Source: Macrostomum lignano (Eukaryota). From it: a DNA stretch of 64,000 nucleotides. Shown one piece after another: positions 42,894-55,350 of the stretch. The notes under the pieces were generated by a model. The model was given only the letters and a program-made list of their open reading frames with translations. It had not been told where the DNA came from and ran no database searches. The DNA is taken from NCBI GenBank assembly GCA_002269645.1, contig NIVC01000691.1:300441-364440 (forward strand), given 5' to 3'. The number at the start of each line of letters is the position of its first letter. The first letter of the stretch is position 1. Made by a program: the position numbers and the translations under genes.

Positions 42894-44219
42894 GATTTAG
42901 GCACTTTTAATAGCAGAGCTAGCAAGTTTAAAACTGTAAAATACAGAGTACACATCACTATAAAAGAGCTGGCACTGAGGGTTTAAATGCCTAACTCAAT
43001 TGCTAATTCATTTTTAGTTGCTAACTGACAACTGTCTACAAACTCCGAACTAAACTAGTGGTTTGCTATAATTACAGCTACAGAATATCACTAACCATAG
43101 AAACTATACTGCTCATACAGCAAAAATATGGTAATTTGAAGTTGTCGTTGAAGTTCCCATAGATTTCCATAGTTTTAGTTTAGTTTGCAAAAGCTGCTAC
43201 AACACTGAACCCTCAAAATCATTGACACCTGAAAACAAGAATTCAAGTTGAACATCTTGGGAACTAAGTATATTAAGCCCATCAAAGGCCATAAGCTATG
43301 GCTATCAAACCAAACTTAATTAAGTAGGGAATAGAGAATAGAGCAAGAAAACAATGTCACCTATCAAAAGTATAAGTTTAGAATGATATAGTGATAAGAT
43401 AACAAATAGAGATAGGACAAAAATTAAACAAAATCAATTTGATTTGAATATTTGACAGAACCAATTCAAATACCAAATAATATTGAAAATGAATAACTTC
43501 AGCCAATAATATTCCTACCTCACTACTACTCATCCTTTAGTCATCAAGTGCAATGACCATTTTTTATCTATTGCAATAATCCTTGTCTTTAATAAATTCT
43601 TTAATAAAACCTTTTAATAAAAAAGTTAGACTATTAAAATTTGAATCAAGGTTGCTACATTAGCAGTTCAATTTGTTCATATCTAGGCTAGCTCCTATTG
43701 AACTTAAAGCAAGTTAGAATAAGTCTCAATTATAATAAACAATAGTTACGTAATCTAAATCAAGTCTAGTGGTTCCATGCTTCTATACTATGTTTTTAAT
43801 ACTGTGATATAATTTAATTCAATGTCAATATTTAACCAATATTGAGACAATAAATAAAAAGCCCAGTGTGGTACTATCTTTAACAGAATCAGAACTCAGC
43901 TAGTTAGTTTTTTGAATAATTAATCAATTCGGCATTGAGAAATTTCTTAGCCAAGCTAAGACACATAGACCATTGGAATTTTTTTTGATCAAATAGGGAC
44001 TATTGCAAGTTTAAAGAAAATTGGTAAAATGCCATTTTTGCTAAAATCAATCATATAGTTATGTAGTTAACTATGAATATACTGACAAAGAATTTTTAGT
44101 ATAAGGATATAATATAATATAGATCTATTCATATGTAGCAAAATGCAATATCTATAAATTAAGTTAATAATAGTTTTTATGTAAATGACAAGTTGACCAA
44201 ACTTTTTTAAGGAAGTGCT

Positions 44220-45358
44220 TATGCCCATAGTTCCATGCCAATAATTTCAATTTTAACCACACAGATCTACGTTGATAATTTCTAGCTTATCCCCATGGTA
44301 GCTTATTGAAATAAATGCCACCATTTAAGTCTATGGGCTATAGTCCGTATCATGCTGGGTGCATGCCTAAACAAAAATCAATAGTTACAAATGCACACTG
44401 AAAAATTGAGTGCATGCCCATTCTTAAAACTCTGCCGATGTCACAACAATAAATAACCTTTTTTACATTGTGACAATAAATAACATTTTTTTCATTGTGA
44501 CAATAAATGACATTTTTTCGTTGCATAATAGACCCTTTTTGACAGATAATTTGGTTGCTTTTTTGCTTTTTTGGCAACACTATTCACAGTGGAAAACTGA
44601 TACATGCAAAGATTTGTTTAAATGCCTTTTTACGAGCTTAAAAACTTGGAAAGCGGGAAATTTAAACTTAAAAATAACTTTTTCTAACTTTTCTTCTACT
44701 TCACAATAACTCTTCTGTGTGATTGTATAAAGTGCACACCAGGTATATTTTCTTAAGAGTGATGCACGCTAACTGTGACGCCTACTTTTGGCATGCAAGG
44801 CCTATGCATGCCTGAATTTTTGGGCATATATTACATGATCCAGAGTGTGGTCTATGGGCTGTGTCAATAATTCCAGTTTTATTTACACTGATCAATATCG
44901 ATAATTTCAGCTTATTAGAATAGAGAACCATGAAATAAATCTGTTTAAAACTGTATTTTTGTTTACACCATTTTATAAATCTTCCAAATAGTATCAAGTA
45001 ACTTTGTTAAGACTTTTTCATTATTATAAGGGTTAATTTTTAATATTTTCTTAGCTGTTGGCTTTGCTTAGAATGACCAAATGACCTTAAGATTGAGGCA
45101 AATGAGATTTGCAAAATTCAAAATTCATAATGTAACAATAATGATAATAATACTAATCAAATATCAATTTAATATTAGTAGCCTACACAAAAATAAACAC
45201 AAACAACTGCACAATCTTAACCGTGGGGATAAGCTGAAAATTATTGACATGGCCTATAGACTTAAATAGTGAGTGGCAGCTATTTTAATAAGCTAGAAAT
45301 TATCAACATAGATCCGTGTGGATAAAATTGGAATTATTAGCATGGGACTATAGGGATA
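44220..45358. mobile_element. MITE/foldback-like element, about 1.14 kb, with imperfect TIRs of at least 70 bp
   Basis: 44220-44290 is about 85% identical to the reverse complement of 45288-45358; TA at both ends; internal partial copies near 44855-44915. Confidence 0.65.
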
Positions 45359-45361
45359 AAG

Positions 45362-46275
45362 GTAATAGTCCACTTTGGTAATAGCCATTTTGGTAATAGC
45401 CACTTTGGTAACAAGTAAGAATAATATAATCATACATACGCAACAGTTGGCCAATCTGGCCAACCAATTTGGCGGCCCAATCAGGAAGTCGCAAAAATGC
45501 CCACAAAAAATACCAAAATAGTAGTACTAAGTAGCTGATGAGGCATTTTTACTTAATAAGACAGTCATAGTTACTCTTGCCATTTACCTAGTTGTGTTAA
45601 TTTTGCTTTAGGTTTTTTATATGTAAGTCACATTTTTGGCCTAAAACCGTCACATTTTTGTTAAAACTAAGTTGCATGGCCAACCAAAATTTGGAGGTTG
45701 TGCATGTATGAATATAATAGAGGCCTATGTATAATTGATATGCTCTGAAAGGATTTGGGAACAAACTTTAAAGAAAGAGTGACAAAACACATGCATATCT
45801 ACATGTATTTAACTTGTTTAAAAGTGTTTTAACCAATCTCTTTTAATTTCTGGATGAGTCAGATACATACATCCAAGACATTCTGTAATTGGCCAAATAT
45901 TGTGTACCATGTACATTAGAATATCTGATCTAGTTAGCAAATAGCATCTTAAAATTACAGAATCTAACTTTTTTCTTCATTAATTATTTTTTTAATTTCA
46001 ATTTCAATGTATGTATATGATCTTGCTTTGTTTCATTTTCTTTGCCTTTAAATTCTTCACAAAGTAGATGTGCAAGTTTAAACAAAGTATAAAACAGTTT
46101 AACTAGGCCTAGAAAGTTTAACAATATATGCAATAAAAGATTTGAGATAGGGGGGCCTATGAATGATTAAACTAGGCCTAATTATTGCTAAACCTAATAT
46201 TCATAAAAATAAAGTGTTGACAGTCATAAATCTGCTTTATTACCAAAGTGGCTGTTACCAAAATAGATTGTATTC
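45362..46275. mobile_element. Possible MITE with TTGGTAATAGCCA-type terminal subrepeats
   Basis: CCATTTTGGTAATAGCCACTTTGGTAA near 45385-45411 is inverted relative to TTACCAAAGTGGCTGTTACCAAAATAG near 46240-46266; exact ends and TSD unresolved. Confidence 0.4.
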
Positions 46276-46600
46276 GGGATAAGGACTTCCTTTTTTAAAG
46301 CTTGCCAATTAGGCCTAGTTAAATATCAAAGTATCCTATCTTCAAAATGGGTAGGCCTCTAACAAAAGTGTAGGCCCCTAAGATAACAAAGTTTTAAAGA
46401 ACCATATATCTAACAGGCCACTAGAACTCACTCTGTGGATCCAAAAATTAGACCTGAAAACTGCAAAGAATAGGTCTTAGGACTCTTACTGATCTGGCAT
46501 ATCCATACAAAATACAAAAATTCATTTGAGCTTAGATCAAATAAAATTAATACTACTAGTATGTAGTAGACCTATTATTATTAGATATAGGCCTACAGAT

Positions 46601-47245
46601 TCCAGGTTGTTTCGTCTAATGATTTTTCGTCTAATGCCGTATCATCTAAGAGTTTTTTTCAGAGTCATTTCGTCTAACGTAACGGAGATGTAAAGCAACT
46701 GGGAAGCAAGATAATGATTATTATGTGATGGAGAAGTAATTTTACAGGCTATTCATCAGTGAGATGTGGTGTATACGCCATAACTTGAAAGCTGCATTTA
46801 TTCATTTATTTTCGATGTGGTCCATTGTGTCAACTTCCAACATCAACATTACTGTATCACAGCCCCGATGGTACCATTGTCTTTAAGAGTCACAGAGGAT
46901 AGCCTGTTGCCTTCTGCCAATTATATTGCTGCACTTGGGGCACTTGGAAGACATAGATATGCATGATTAGTAAGTATGAAAAGAAGTATGATAAAAAATA
47001 TGGTGGATCGAGATCTAAATGGTCCTGTAAATTTAGCGACCTTCGTTACATTTAAAATGTTACCTACGTTCCAGGAAAGTTAATTTTAACAAAACTAATT
47101 TCAAATAGTGCAATTATATTATAAAATTAGCGTTGCAATGTAAATCAGTGAGGTTGGTTTGTTGGCTTGGACGTTTATTTTTTACTGAGTTTTGGGTCAT
47201 TTCGTTTAAGGATTAGACGAAAAGGCATTTGACGAAACAACAGGA
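46601..47245. mobile_element. MITE-like element, about 645 bp, with imperfect TIRs of about 34 bp
   Basis: TCCAGGTTGTTTCGTCTAATGATTTTTCGTCTAAT (46601-) versus ATTAGACGAAAAGGCATTTGACGAAACAACAGGA (47212-47245); no ORF. Confidence 0.6.
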
Positions 47246-48077
47246 TACTGATACATTATATTAGCCTCTTTATATATTTGCCACTAATTTTAGATTAGTG
47301 GCAAAATGAGATTAAAAGATGAGTTTTTATGTTAATTGCCTAATAAAATGGCAATCAATGGTTTGCTTAGCTTAGTTAGGATTAGACGATAAGTAGGCCT
47401 AAAAATATTTTTATGTTCCGTTTTCACTGCCAAATATACTATATGCCCTATGCCACATTGCCGCTGGACGCTATGATGGTAATGGTCTTGAGGCCTACCT
47501 CTGTTTTTTTGCTTGATAATATCTAAGGCTAAGCCTACTTCTATTTCATTTCTACTTTACAATTTGAACTGTGACTGTAAGTGAATCGTAATGTCTAGCT
47601 AGGTAAAATATAAAAATTCCCTGAAAATCGAAAATCCCGCACGAAACGACCTTCGCCCGTGACGGAATATCATTGTGACTATTTGGAAGAGTATAACGAA
47701 AGTTTTGTTTTCCAGGTACACATTTTGTGTCTTAAAATTTTTAAGAGATTCAGTTGTGTTGTTATGCAGTTTTTATTTGCAAAATTTATAACTTATACTA
47801 TTGTAAAGATCTATTGTTTATGCCCTTTCTGTAACTTTTAACTTAAGCCATTGTCGCCTATTTAACTAATTAATGCATAAGAGCTTACTGATTATTGATA
47901 CTGATACTGGTTAAGCGTAAATCAGATTGAATAAAGTTAACGCTTTGTTGGTAATATTAGTAGATAAAATACCGTTTATTTTTATACAACCAATACCTTT
48001 ATTTATGGCCTAGCTTATAATTCATTCTATTCCATTTAACACAATACTAAATAGGGAAGTGAAATTGTTTTTTGGTA

Positions 48078-51000
48078 ATGAAGCAGAAAGATGCCGTCAC
48101 AATACCAGTTCTTCCATGGTACCACGGACCATTATCAAGGCAAGATGCTGAAGGACTTTTGAAAGAGTCTAATAATGGAACATTTTTGATCCGCGAAAGT
48201 GTAAATTTTCCAGGTGACTATACTTTGTGCATTTCGCACAATGGCAGTGTTGAGCACTATAGAATACTTCATGTTGTAAGTATACTGATTACCTTTCTGT
48301 TGTTTTAAATACAAGCTATGTATTTAATTATTTTATTTAATTTTTATTTCAAACTGATCTTCAATTATCACACCCATAAAACATGATACTTATACTATAT
48401 AGACCATGTTGTGACATTGTCTTGTTGATAAAAATTTATTTGCTTGTTTGAATGTTTGCATAGCTATCTTGCTTTTTATACTAAGCTAAATACTTGTAGC
48501 TAATTAGGCCCTATAATTAAAATATCCAAGTCCCTGCATTTGAAGAGCTATTAGGGCTTATCAACACTAAATTTTTTTATTAAAGGCTAAAAAAGCCTTT
48601 AGGGATTGGACTTCTTTAAGCCTAAATTTTCAATTTTTGGAGCTTTCATTTTCAATGTTTCATTCTCTGCAATCTCCTAGACCAACTATAACAAAGAAAT
48701 CAACTTCTTAATCAAAATTTTTCCTACAAAATGGTTATCTTCAAGCTTTCATCTATTGAACAATCCATGATTTGATTTCTGTCAAATTTATTAAAAAATA
48801 AACTAAATAGTTTTTTAATATAATGCATTCATGATTCATTGTATATAAACAATTGAATATTATTTTTCTAAACTTTGTAGCAAATACAATAAGTAAGGGG
48901 TGTTATAAAAGTTCCAAACTATATTCATTATACATAATAGGATTGTCTAAATGAGATAAAATTTTAGTAATATGATTTTTCATATTTGTTTTATTGAGTA
49001 TAACATTTCATATCAAGTCAACAATACTATTTGATTTCCAAAGTGATTAGCAATAAAAAACTATACCTAAGATATTTCTAATACAAATTTAAAGTTTGCA
49101 CTTTTTATATTAGCAAAACAGCATATTGGTATTAAGAGTATTGTGGGTATATCTTTAAATGGCAGTTTAATTAGCTAATAAGTGAATAAATTATTGAATC
49201 ATATTAATTGTTTTTTCTCTGCTTTTTTATAAAATGTTACATGCATGCATTTTGGCCACTGACAAAAATAATAGATAGAAACAATAGACAAAACTATAGA
49301 ATTCAAAGGCCACTAGTATTCATAATTGATACTAAAATATTACTTATTACTGGCTTTCAATGGTAATTTTGTATATGTTAAATATATTTCTATAGAATAG
49401 GTATTTTCTTTAAATATAAAAATCTGATGTATGATTTAATATTTGCTTTAAGTATATGTATATAAAATAAGCCAATAACCATAGAACAGGGAATGGCAAA
49501 GGAGACAGCTCTTGACATTTGAATTTATTGCTTTATTACACATTAGAAGCTATATAAAAAGTAATTTTCCCACAAAGTCTTTATTTACTATGTTTATATG
49601 TTATAGTCAATGGAATTCTTGTCTACTTAGCAAAATTTCAGTGTCTTATATAAGTTAACAACTGACTTGAAGCCATTTTGGTGTGACTTAGTTATCAAGT
49701 TGAATTATGGCTCTATTCAATAATATGCGAACTCCTGCCTACAGGCCATATTCAGTCTGCAAAGCCTCTCTATTAAGCCTTTGGGTCCTTTGAAACTTTA
49801 CAATAGCAGTCCAGCCTGCTGAAGGTCTGTGTCTCTTCTCAGCTCTCTTTTCTCCCCCTGTTTCCTTTTCTTTCTCCTCTCCTTTTCATTCTCGTCCCAT
49901 CTATCCTATCATTTCGTCTCTTTTCTCTCTTAGCCAGAGCTGCTGAACATGTATAGTTTTGCATAGCAGCTTTTTTTATTTGGCCAAAGCTCAAGAGCTT
50001 TTATCGACTGTAAGATATGAGATTTTCACCCATTATTATTTAAATGTATATTAATAAAAATTTCCTAATCTCCCTACAAAATGGCATGCAGAACAATTCC
50101 TACACATTGGATGAGGAGGAACTGTTTGACACTCTGGAGGCGCTGGTGCAGCACTATTCGAGGCGGGACGATGGACTCTGCTGCACACTGCGCTCGCCTT
50201 TGGAGAAACTCGGGCCGCTGGTGTCGCCAGGTGGCATCGAATGCTTTCAGAGCACCGGCTGGCTCGTTGAGGGTGCCGAACTCACAATCGAGGGCTCCAT
50301 TGGGCGCGGCGATTTTGCCGAAGTTTGCAAGGTTTGAATGGCATCAACGCCTTTGAATTCTTTTCGCACAAAGCTATCAAATAAGTGGGATTGTGGCGCA
50401 CACTGAAAGACACCTGGTACTTTGTCTGTTTGGGTTGTACATAAAATAATAATAGTAATACGTGAAGTACTTGGATTACAGGGCAGTTGCAACTAAGTCT
50501 TGGACACCTAAAATGAAATGTGAGCAGAGTTCTTTAGACTGTCCAATGACTCAAAGCTTCGAACCATTTTGAATAGCGAGACAAGCCTTGGAAAAATAGT
50601 TTATCTCAGGGGCCAAGTTAGAAATCCAACTCATGGTTGTAGGTCTGATGAGAGAGGAGAGGAGAAAAGAGATTAGAAAAAAGATAATAGGAGATATGAG
50701 AGAAGAGAGAATGGAGATGACAAGATAAATGAGATTAATGAAAGGAGAGAGAAAAGGGGAGAGAGGAGAAAAGATAAGAGAGAAGGGGCAGCAAGGAGAG
50801 AACAGAGCAGAGGGCAGAAGATAGAAGAGATAAGATTGGAGATAGGACAGAGAGAGGAGAAAAGAGGGGAGAGAACAGAGAGGAGAGAGAGGAGGAAGCA
50901 GGAGAGAAGAGAGAAAGAAGCCGAGAAGAGGCATCAACCGTGAGCGAGTCGCATTGCTATTGTGAAGTCTCCAAAGACCTGAAGGCTTAAGAGGCTTTGC

Positions 51001-51775
51001 CGACCCCTGCGTTATACGATAAATTCTTCTGACTGAACCTGCGCAGGCCTCACTGAACGGCTCCCCAGTGGCAGCCAAGGTGATCAAGCAGCTCAGCGGG
51101 TCCTCGGTGCTCGGTCTGCACGAAGCCTCGGCAATGACCATAGCCGGCATTCACCCAAACCTGGTGCGCTTCATCGGCCTTGTCAGCGAGCCGGCTGCTG
51201 AGTGTCTGTACCTGCTCACCGAGTTCTGCCCGGGCGGCTGCCTGTTGAACTGGCTGCGCACCCGCGGCCAGGCCCAGCTCGACCAGCGCCAGCAGCTCGG
51301 CTTGGCTATCAACATTGCCAGCGCTGTGCAGTACCTGCAGCTGCGCCAGCTTATTCACCGCGACATCGCCTGTCGCAACGTGTTCATCACTGGTGAGCCG
51401 GGCATCGCCAAGCTGGGCGACTTCGGCATGAGCCGCCGCGTTGACCAGTGCGAGCGCACCGGCCGACTACCCGTGAAGTGGACGGCGCCCGAGGCCATTC
51501 TGAACAGCGAGTTCAGCTTCGCCTCGGACATCTGGTCTCTGGGCGTGTTTCTCTGGGAACTGTACTCGTTTGGCCGCTTGCCTTACCCGGGCATCGGCGT
51601 CAAGGATGTGGTCAGCGAGGTGGAGTCCGGCTACCGGCTGCCGCCGCCCAAAGACTGTCCGGTGCCCGTGTACGAGTGCATGCGGCGCACCTGGCAGCTC
51701 GACCCACAGCAGCGCCCGTCCGCAGACGATGTCCTGATGACTCTGAATAGGGAGTACAATTTGCTGCTAGGCTGA
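48078..51775 (+). CDS. CSK: C-terminal Src kinase (Csk): SH2 plus tyrosine kinase; exons 48078-48275, 50092-50331, 51047-51775 (about 388 aa); no SH3 exon found
   Basis: SH2 PWYHG...FLIRESVNFPGDYTL...EHYRILHV|NNSYTLDEEELF...LVQHY; kinase IGRGDFAEV, VAAK, HRDIACRN, short Tyr-less activation loop DFGMSRRVDQCERTGRLPVKWTAPE typical of Csk; phase-0 GT-AG junctions. Confidence 0.9.
50650..50930. repeat. GA-rich polypurine low-complexity tract in the last Csk intron
   Basis: Almost exclusively G/A on the + strand. Confidence 0.85.
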
Positions 51776-53452
51776 GGCTGTTCTGCGGACAATTGAAGTA
51801 CGCTGGTACTTTAATCTGGTGAATCAATCTGATCTAAACAGACATGATTGCTTCATTGGTGACAGTGAAGTTTACAATTATGTGAATAGTAACTGTTAGA
51901 GCAGTAGCTATTTGTGGATATCCTTGAACTTTTGTTTCTTCTTTCGGTGTGCGAATGGGTTCTATCTGAATTTTTGGAATCTGTCTGAAAGCAGCCACGA
52001 GTGCTTGCCACTGTTGATTTAATCGTTGCTACCGTGTGCGGCTATCTCTCTCTTACTAATTATTTTAACCTCTGCTTGTTCCTGCCCACTAGGAATTTCC
52101 TACCTGTGTCAATTCATGTGCGTCCTGGCGTATTCAAGTGTGCAAATTCAGTGAACTGCGCAATTGCGTACAGTTTTTAACCGTTTTCGATATTGCCTTG
52201 TGTGACTTTCATTAAATTTTTAGTCTGCGTTGCTATGCTATCCAGCCATATGCGATTCCGAAGATTGATTTCTAAGTGCTGCTATATGATTCAAGGAACA
52301 CTTTTTCTGCCATAAGTATGTTCAAGTTAGTTTTACATGAAAAGAATGTACATACGATCTTGAGCTAAATCATTGAGCTAAATTTGATGGTTCATTTCTA
52401 TTAAGAACTGCTGGTCCGCTTTGAGCCATTATTCTGTCGCGTGCTTACTGTACTCTGCGAGTCGAATTTTAATAAGCGCATCATTCGTTCTTCCATTGTA
52501 AATTTGCTTCTAAAATAGGCGTAAAACTGAATGATTTTTTTGCTTTCGAGAACAAACCCTGTAGTTGAATTGCTTTCTGTCTGTTGTGCACATATCTCAG
52601 GATTATTATCCACGAGTTTTTGCACGCCAATACGACCGTTCTAAACATTCCGTTATAACAAACCAATGCATTAATTTTATACGCGTGCTATTTAATTACC
52701 GACACGTTAACCAAGCTAGAAGCGTTTGTTTATATTTTTCTGTATCAGTCTTCAAATTGACTTTGGTCGCATCATTCCCACAAGCACCGTTGCTTGCAAA
52801 CTGAGTCCAGTCTATTCAAGTGTCCAAATGCCGGTTTCACATTACCGACAGTAGTTAGGCGAGCCCAAAGATTTCTCTAATCTCTATTTGACCCGTCTAT
52901 ATGCTATGTACTTTTATTTTCATTATTTTGTAAGCCGATTGATACATGAGCCATAGATTTTAGCTGCTAGGCTGGATGACCCATTGCCCCCAGTATGCAG
53001 CGGGAGAAAAGATACGAACCTCCTTCCTGTACTGCTGTCCGATTTTAGTGCCAATAAATTATAACAAAAACCACTCTCAAATTTGCGAGTACTTTTATTC
53101 GCCACCTTTTTTCGTTGATTAATAAATAACAGTGAATTTTTTATAATTTGAAAGAACTAAGACAATCGGCCGATGAGCAGTGTTTCAAATTTGCTAATTT
53201 ATATTTTGTTAAAAAACTAATTATGAGCTTTAGGCGCAAGTGCGCAACTGAGGAACCATATTTAATTTTTGCTAGAAAGTTGTGAGCTTTCGGCGACATC
53301 GTCCCACATCCGGCGCTGAGGCAATTCTGCCCATTTCGCTAGCTTCTGAGCGCATACATACAAGCGTGCCAATGCTGTACCATGATGTTGACAACTGTAC
53401 TACACTTAGAAATCTTAGAAATGAGCTGGAGGCCGCGGTAAGAACGTATATA

Positions 53453-54079
53453 CTCAGCAACAGTCAAAAGTTCCACCCTCCAAATTGCGAAAACTTCACA
53501 CTCACAATTCAACCCTCAAGTTACGCAACTAAGCCGCCGCGAGGAAGGGAAAGTTGATTGACTATCAATAATAGTAGTAAAATCATAAATTTTTTATGCA
53601 ATATTCAGTTAGAATCGTGATGCGTGTGGGATCCCCTCGCACGCAGAAGTGCGACGACTCTGCGGGGCATCCCAATTATGAGGCGGCGCAGAAAGTCCTG
53701 AGGGAGTCGCTCCCAAGCGTTTTCAATGGCATGACGCAGAGCTCTCCGCAACATTCTAAGGTGGATTCTCTTTTCGAATGCTACGTTTTAGGAAGTCCCA
53801 GACATGCTCGATGGGATTCATGTCTGGGGACCGGGAAGGCCAGCGCAGAGTGCGCAGCTGTAGCTGTTCCTTCAGTTGACTAACAGCATCGGCTTGGTGT
53901 GGCGGGGCGTTGTTCCTGGGCTTGAGTCTGCTTAATGTCCATGCAGGCCTTGGACCATTAAGCAGACCCAAGCCACCCCCAAGCGGCAATAAGCTTTGCG
54001 CGTGCCGTAGGTTGCGTCACTCGCAATAAGTGAAAAAATCATCTCGCTTAGTGGGGTGGAACTTTTGACTGCTGCTGAG
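53453..54079 (-). mobile_element. Tc1-like internal-deletion derivative (627 bp) retaining the transposase C-terminus
   Basis: 26-bp TIRs CTCAGCAACAGTCAAAAGTTCCACCC (1 mismatch), TA at both ends; minus-strand NNAPPH...WPSRSPDMNPIEHVW, then after a frameshift AWERLPQDFLRRLIIGMPRRVVALLRARGSHT (to 53605). Confidence 0.88.
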
Positions 54080-54250
54080 TATATTTCTCCTATTACATGT
54101 GCTAGTGAATTTTTTGCAATAAAATGCGCTCGAGGACGCATAGAGCTGAAAGGGGTTTTGCCATAGACAAATTTGGTCGAGAAAAAACTGCACCACAAAA
54201 TATCCGGTTTCTCTAAGGCATACTAAATGCACTAGCAATACGACAATTTA

Positions 54251-54342
54251 CTCAGCAACATTGAAAAGCTGAGTAAATCTCAAAAGTGGCGACCACAGGT
54301 AGAATCTGAAGTCTGTGATGGCGACTTTTCGATGTTGCTGAG
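54251..54342. mobile_element. 92-bp MITE sharing termini with the adjacent Tc1 derivative
   Basis: TA-CTCAGCAACATTGAAAAG ... CTTTTCGATGTTGCTGAG-TA (1 mismatch). Confidence 0.75.
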
Positions 54343-55350
54343 TATACGTTATATAGTTTTAACGACCTACTTCACGACCTTGTCCACGTACTGTACGCAC
54401 GCTCACCACACAGGGTGTACAGCGGCCCCGACTTTCTAATCATCAGGCATGTACAATCCCTGTCCCGGGGGGGTTACATCCTTGTGGGTGTGAATCGCAC
54501 GACAGCCCCTACCAAATTTTCGTGCAAAAATTCAAAATTCTTTTTTTCAACTCCTAACCACAGTTAATACGGCTCATTTGAGTTTTTGCTTGTAAGTGAC
54601 GTAAACTAAGAGCCATAAAATTAAGCAATCAATTTTCATTTTTGGCCATCAATTCTAAACCTCAGTAGCTAGCCTGTACTGTGTCATAATAAAGTTATCA
54701 GATTTTTGCCGTCGCTCAAAACTGTCTGCACACATTTTCTCTTCCCTCTTCCCTCTCCTCTATTCCCTTTACTTTCCTCTCACCTGGCCCGCAGCCAAGT
54801 GAGCTGAATTCTTTATCTGGCCCTTCAGGCTAATAAAGAATCCATTTTTCTGTAGGAATATGTTCAGAAAGTCGCGTCTAGAAGGATTTAATCTAGCTCC
54901 TATATTTACTCAGCTAGTACGGTCTTTTGACTGATACCAGAGAAATGTATAGCAGCTAGTGTAATCCATGCATTTATGAATTCTCGGGTTCAGATCGAAT
55001 TACAACAACAACCAGCAGGTCAACTCTTAACTGACAATCTGACATTACCATTTTTCACAAATTTTAAACGTCATTAAATTACAAAATCAAAACAATTACG
55101 AGTACCTAGGTACCTATCAAATAGTACAATTGAGGTCGTCAAGTTACAAAAGGTGACAGATGCCATTGCAACTATAGTTACTCGTAACTTTTAATAAATA
55201 ATACCGCTAAGAACACAGCCAAAAAATAAAATATTTATTAAAAAATACATACATAGACGAACCTTTAAAGATCAACCAACAAAAATGCACTCGACATGCA
55301 GGGTTCTTACCGATACCTGCTTCGAAAGTTTAATTATATCAAGCACTGCT

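Noticed and set aside
46890-46970. LLPSANYI string resembling the SH3 C-terminal PxNY motif upstream of Csk
   Set aside because: Lies inside a MITE-like element; upstream residues lack the SH3 Trp and ALYDY motifs, and no suitable splice sites were found.
50551-51150. 199-aa hydrophobic minus-strand ORF
   Set aside because: Antisense translation of the GA-rich intronic tract and Csk exon.
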